A stretch of 64,000 nt of DNA. It comes from an uncultured Methanosarcinaceae archaeon. GTDB taxonomy: Archaea; Halobacteriota; Methanosarcinia; Methanosarcinales; Methanosarcinaceae. The stretch's first letter is position 1. Each line of letters starts with the position of its first letter. Location of the stretch: assembly GCA_963847185.1 (NCBI GenBank), contig CAWJYV010000005.1:1-64000 (forward strand), in the 5' to 3' direction. Positions 63,102 through 64,000 of this stretch are shown piece by piece. The position numbers were made by a program, and so were the translations under genes. The notes under the pieces are model-generated. The model was not told where the DNA came from and ran no database searches. It worked only from the letters and a program-made list of their open reading frames with translations.

Positions 63102-64000
63102 ATGGAAGTATTGTGGTTGACTCAGGAAGAAGTAAAATCTGTTATGGATATGCATTCTGATATGCAGGTTGTTGAGAGCGCTTTCAGGCAGCATGGACTT
63201 GGTAAGGTTCAGATGCCTCCCAAATCTTATCTTTACTATACTTCTTACAATGGAGACCTCAGAACAATGCCTGCATATCTTGAAGAAGAGGATATCACTG
63301 GAGTGAAAATTGTAAATGTCCACCCCGGAAACCCGGCTCGCGGTCTTCCTACTGTAATGGCATTAATTGTTCTTATTTCTCCTGAAACAGGTGCACCTGT
63401 GGCAATTATGGACGGAACCTATCTTACCGATATCCGGACAGGAGCTGCAGGAGGAATTGCCGCAAAATACCTTGCAAGAAAGGATTCAAAAATTATCGGT
63501 ATGGTTGGAACTGGAAATCAAGCAAAGACTCAGCTTGCAGCTCTCTGTGAGGTTTTTGAGCCTGAACTTGTGAAAATCACTTCCAGGACGAAAGCAAGCT
63601 CTAATCAGTTTATTCAGGAAATGGCAGATATCACACCTTGCGAAATCCAATCAAAAGACAAAGTTGAGGATGTCTGCGATTGTGATATTCTTGTAACAAC
63701 CACTCCCACCCGTAAGCCGATTGTAAAGGTTCAGTGGATTAAAGAAGGTACTCACATTAATGCAATAGGAGCCGATGCGGTGGGAAAAGAAGAACTTGAT
63801 CCTGAGCTTCTCATCCGCTCCAAGATTGTTGTCGATGATATTGTTCAGGCTCTTCATTCGGGAGAAGTAAATGTTCCTCTTTCCAAGCATTACATCTCGG
63901 AAAATGATATCCATGCTCAGCTTGGAGAAGTAATTACTGGCCTGAAACCCGGCAGGACAAGTGAAGAGGAAATTACGATCTTTGATTCCACTGGTCTGGC
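63102..64000 (+). CDS. ala: Alanine dehydrogenase (ornithine cyclodeaminase/mu-crystallin family), runs off the window
   Basis: RBS GGAGG; MEVLWL..., GDLRTMPAY, GVKIVNVHP, TDIRTGAAG, HINAIGAD, FDSTGL. Confidence 0.9.
   Translation, partial: MEVLWLTQEEVKSVMDMHSDMQVVESAFRQHGLGKVQMPPKSYLYYTSYNGDLRTMPAYLEEEDITGVKIVNVHPGNPARGLPTVMALIVLISPETGAPVAIMDGTYLTDIRTGAAGGIAAKYLARKDSKIIGMVGTGNQAKTQLAALCEVFEPELVKITSRTKASSNQFIQEMADITPCEIQSKDKVEDVCDCDILVTTTPTRKPIVKVQWIKEGTHINAIGADAVGKEELDPELLIRSKIVVDDIVQALHSGEVNVPLSKHYISENDIHAQLGEVITGLKPGRTSEEEITIFDSTGL

Overview
This is an archaeal chromosome segment that is clearly Methanosarcina-like: cysteate synthase, comDE and methanogenesis marker 16, carS, LonB, mptN-like ligase, AT-rich intergenic DNA. 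It is mostly conserved housekeeping genes: argF, purD, pyrE, carS, tRNA-Leu, a duplicated tRNA-Val/Phe/Gly operon, coenzyme M biosynthesis, lonB-tldD-tldE, cooFS, pyrG, truD, pth2, iscSU, cidA/lrgB, a PPP phosphatase and alanine dehydrogenase. Accessory or decaying parts are (i) a block next to tRNA-Leu carrying SSADH, an anchorless SdhAB/FrdAB and an aspartase-type lyase, abutting a truncated DUF1638 paralog; (ii) an eroded ccmF cytochrome-c maturation locus; (iii) a TPR cluster with a broken TPR-nitrilase gene; (iv) a MITE-bracketed region with a beta-helix gene and virus-like relics. The most novel-looking signals are a small protein built from two copies of the LonB membrane anchor encoded just upstream of lonB, the soluble C4-dicarboxylate module, two missed small ORFs, a candidate sRNA, and three apparent ATT/ACG starts. 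All calls come from reading motifs by eye; no database searches were run.
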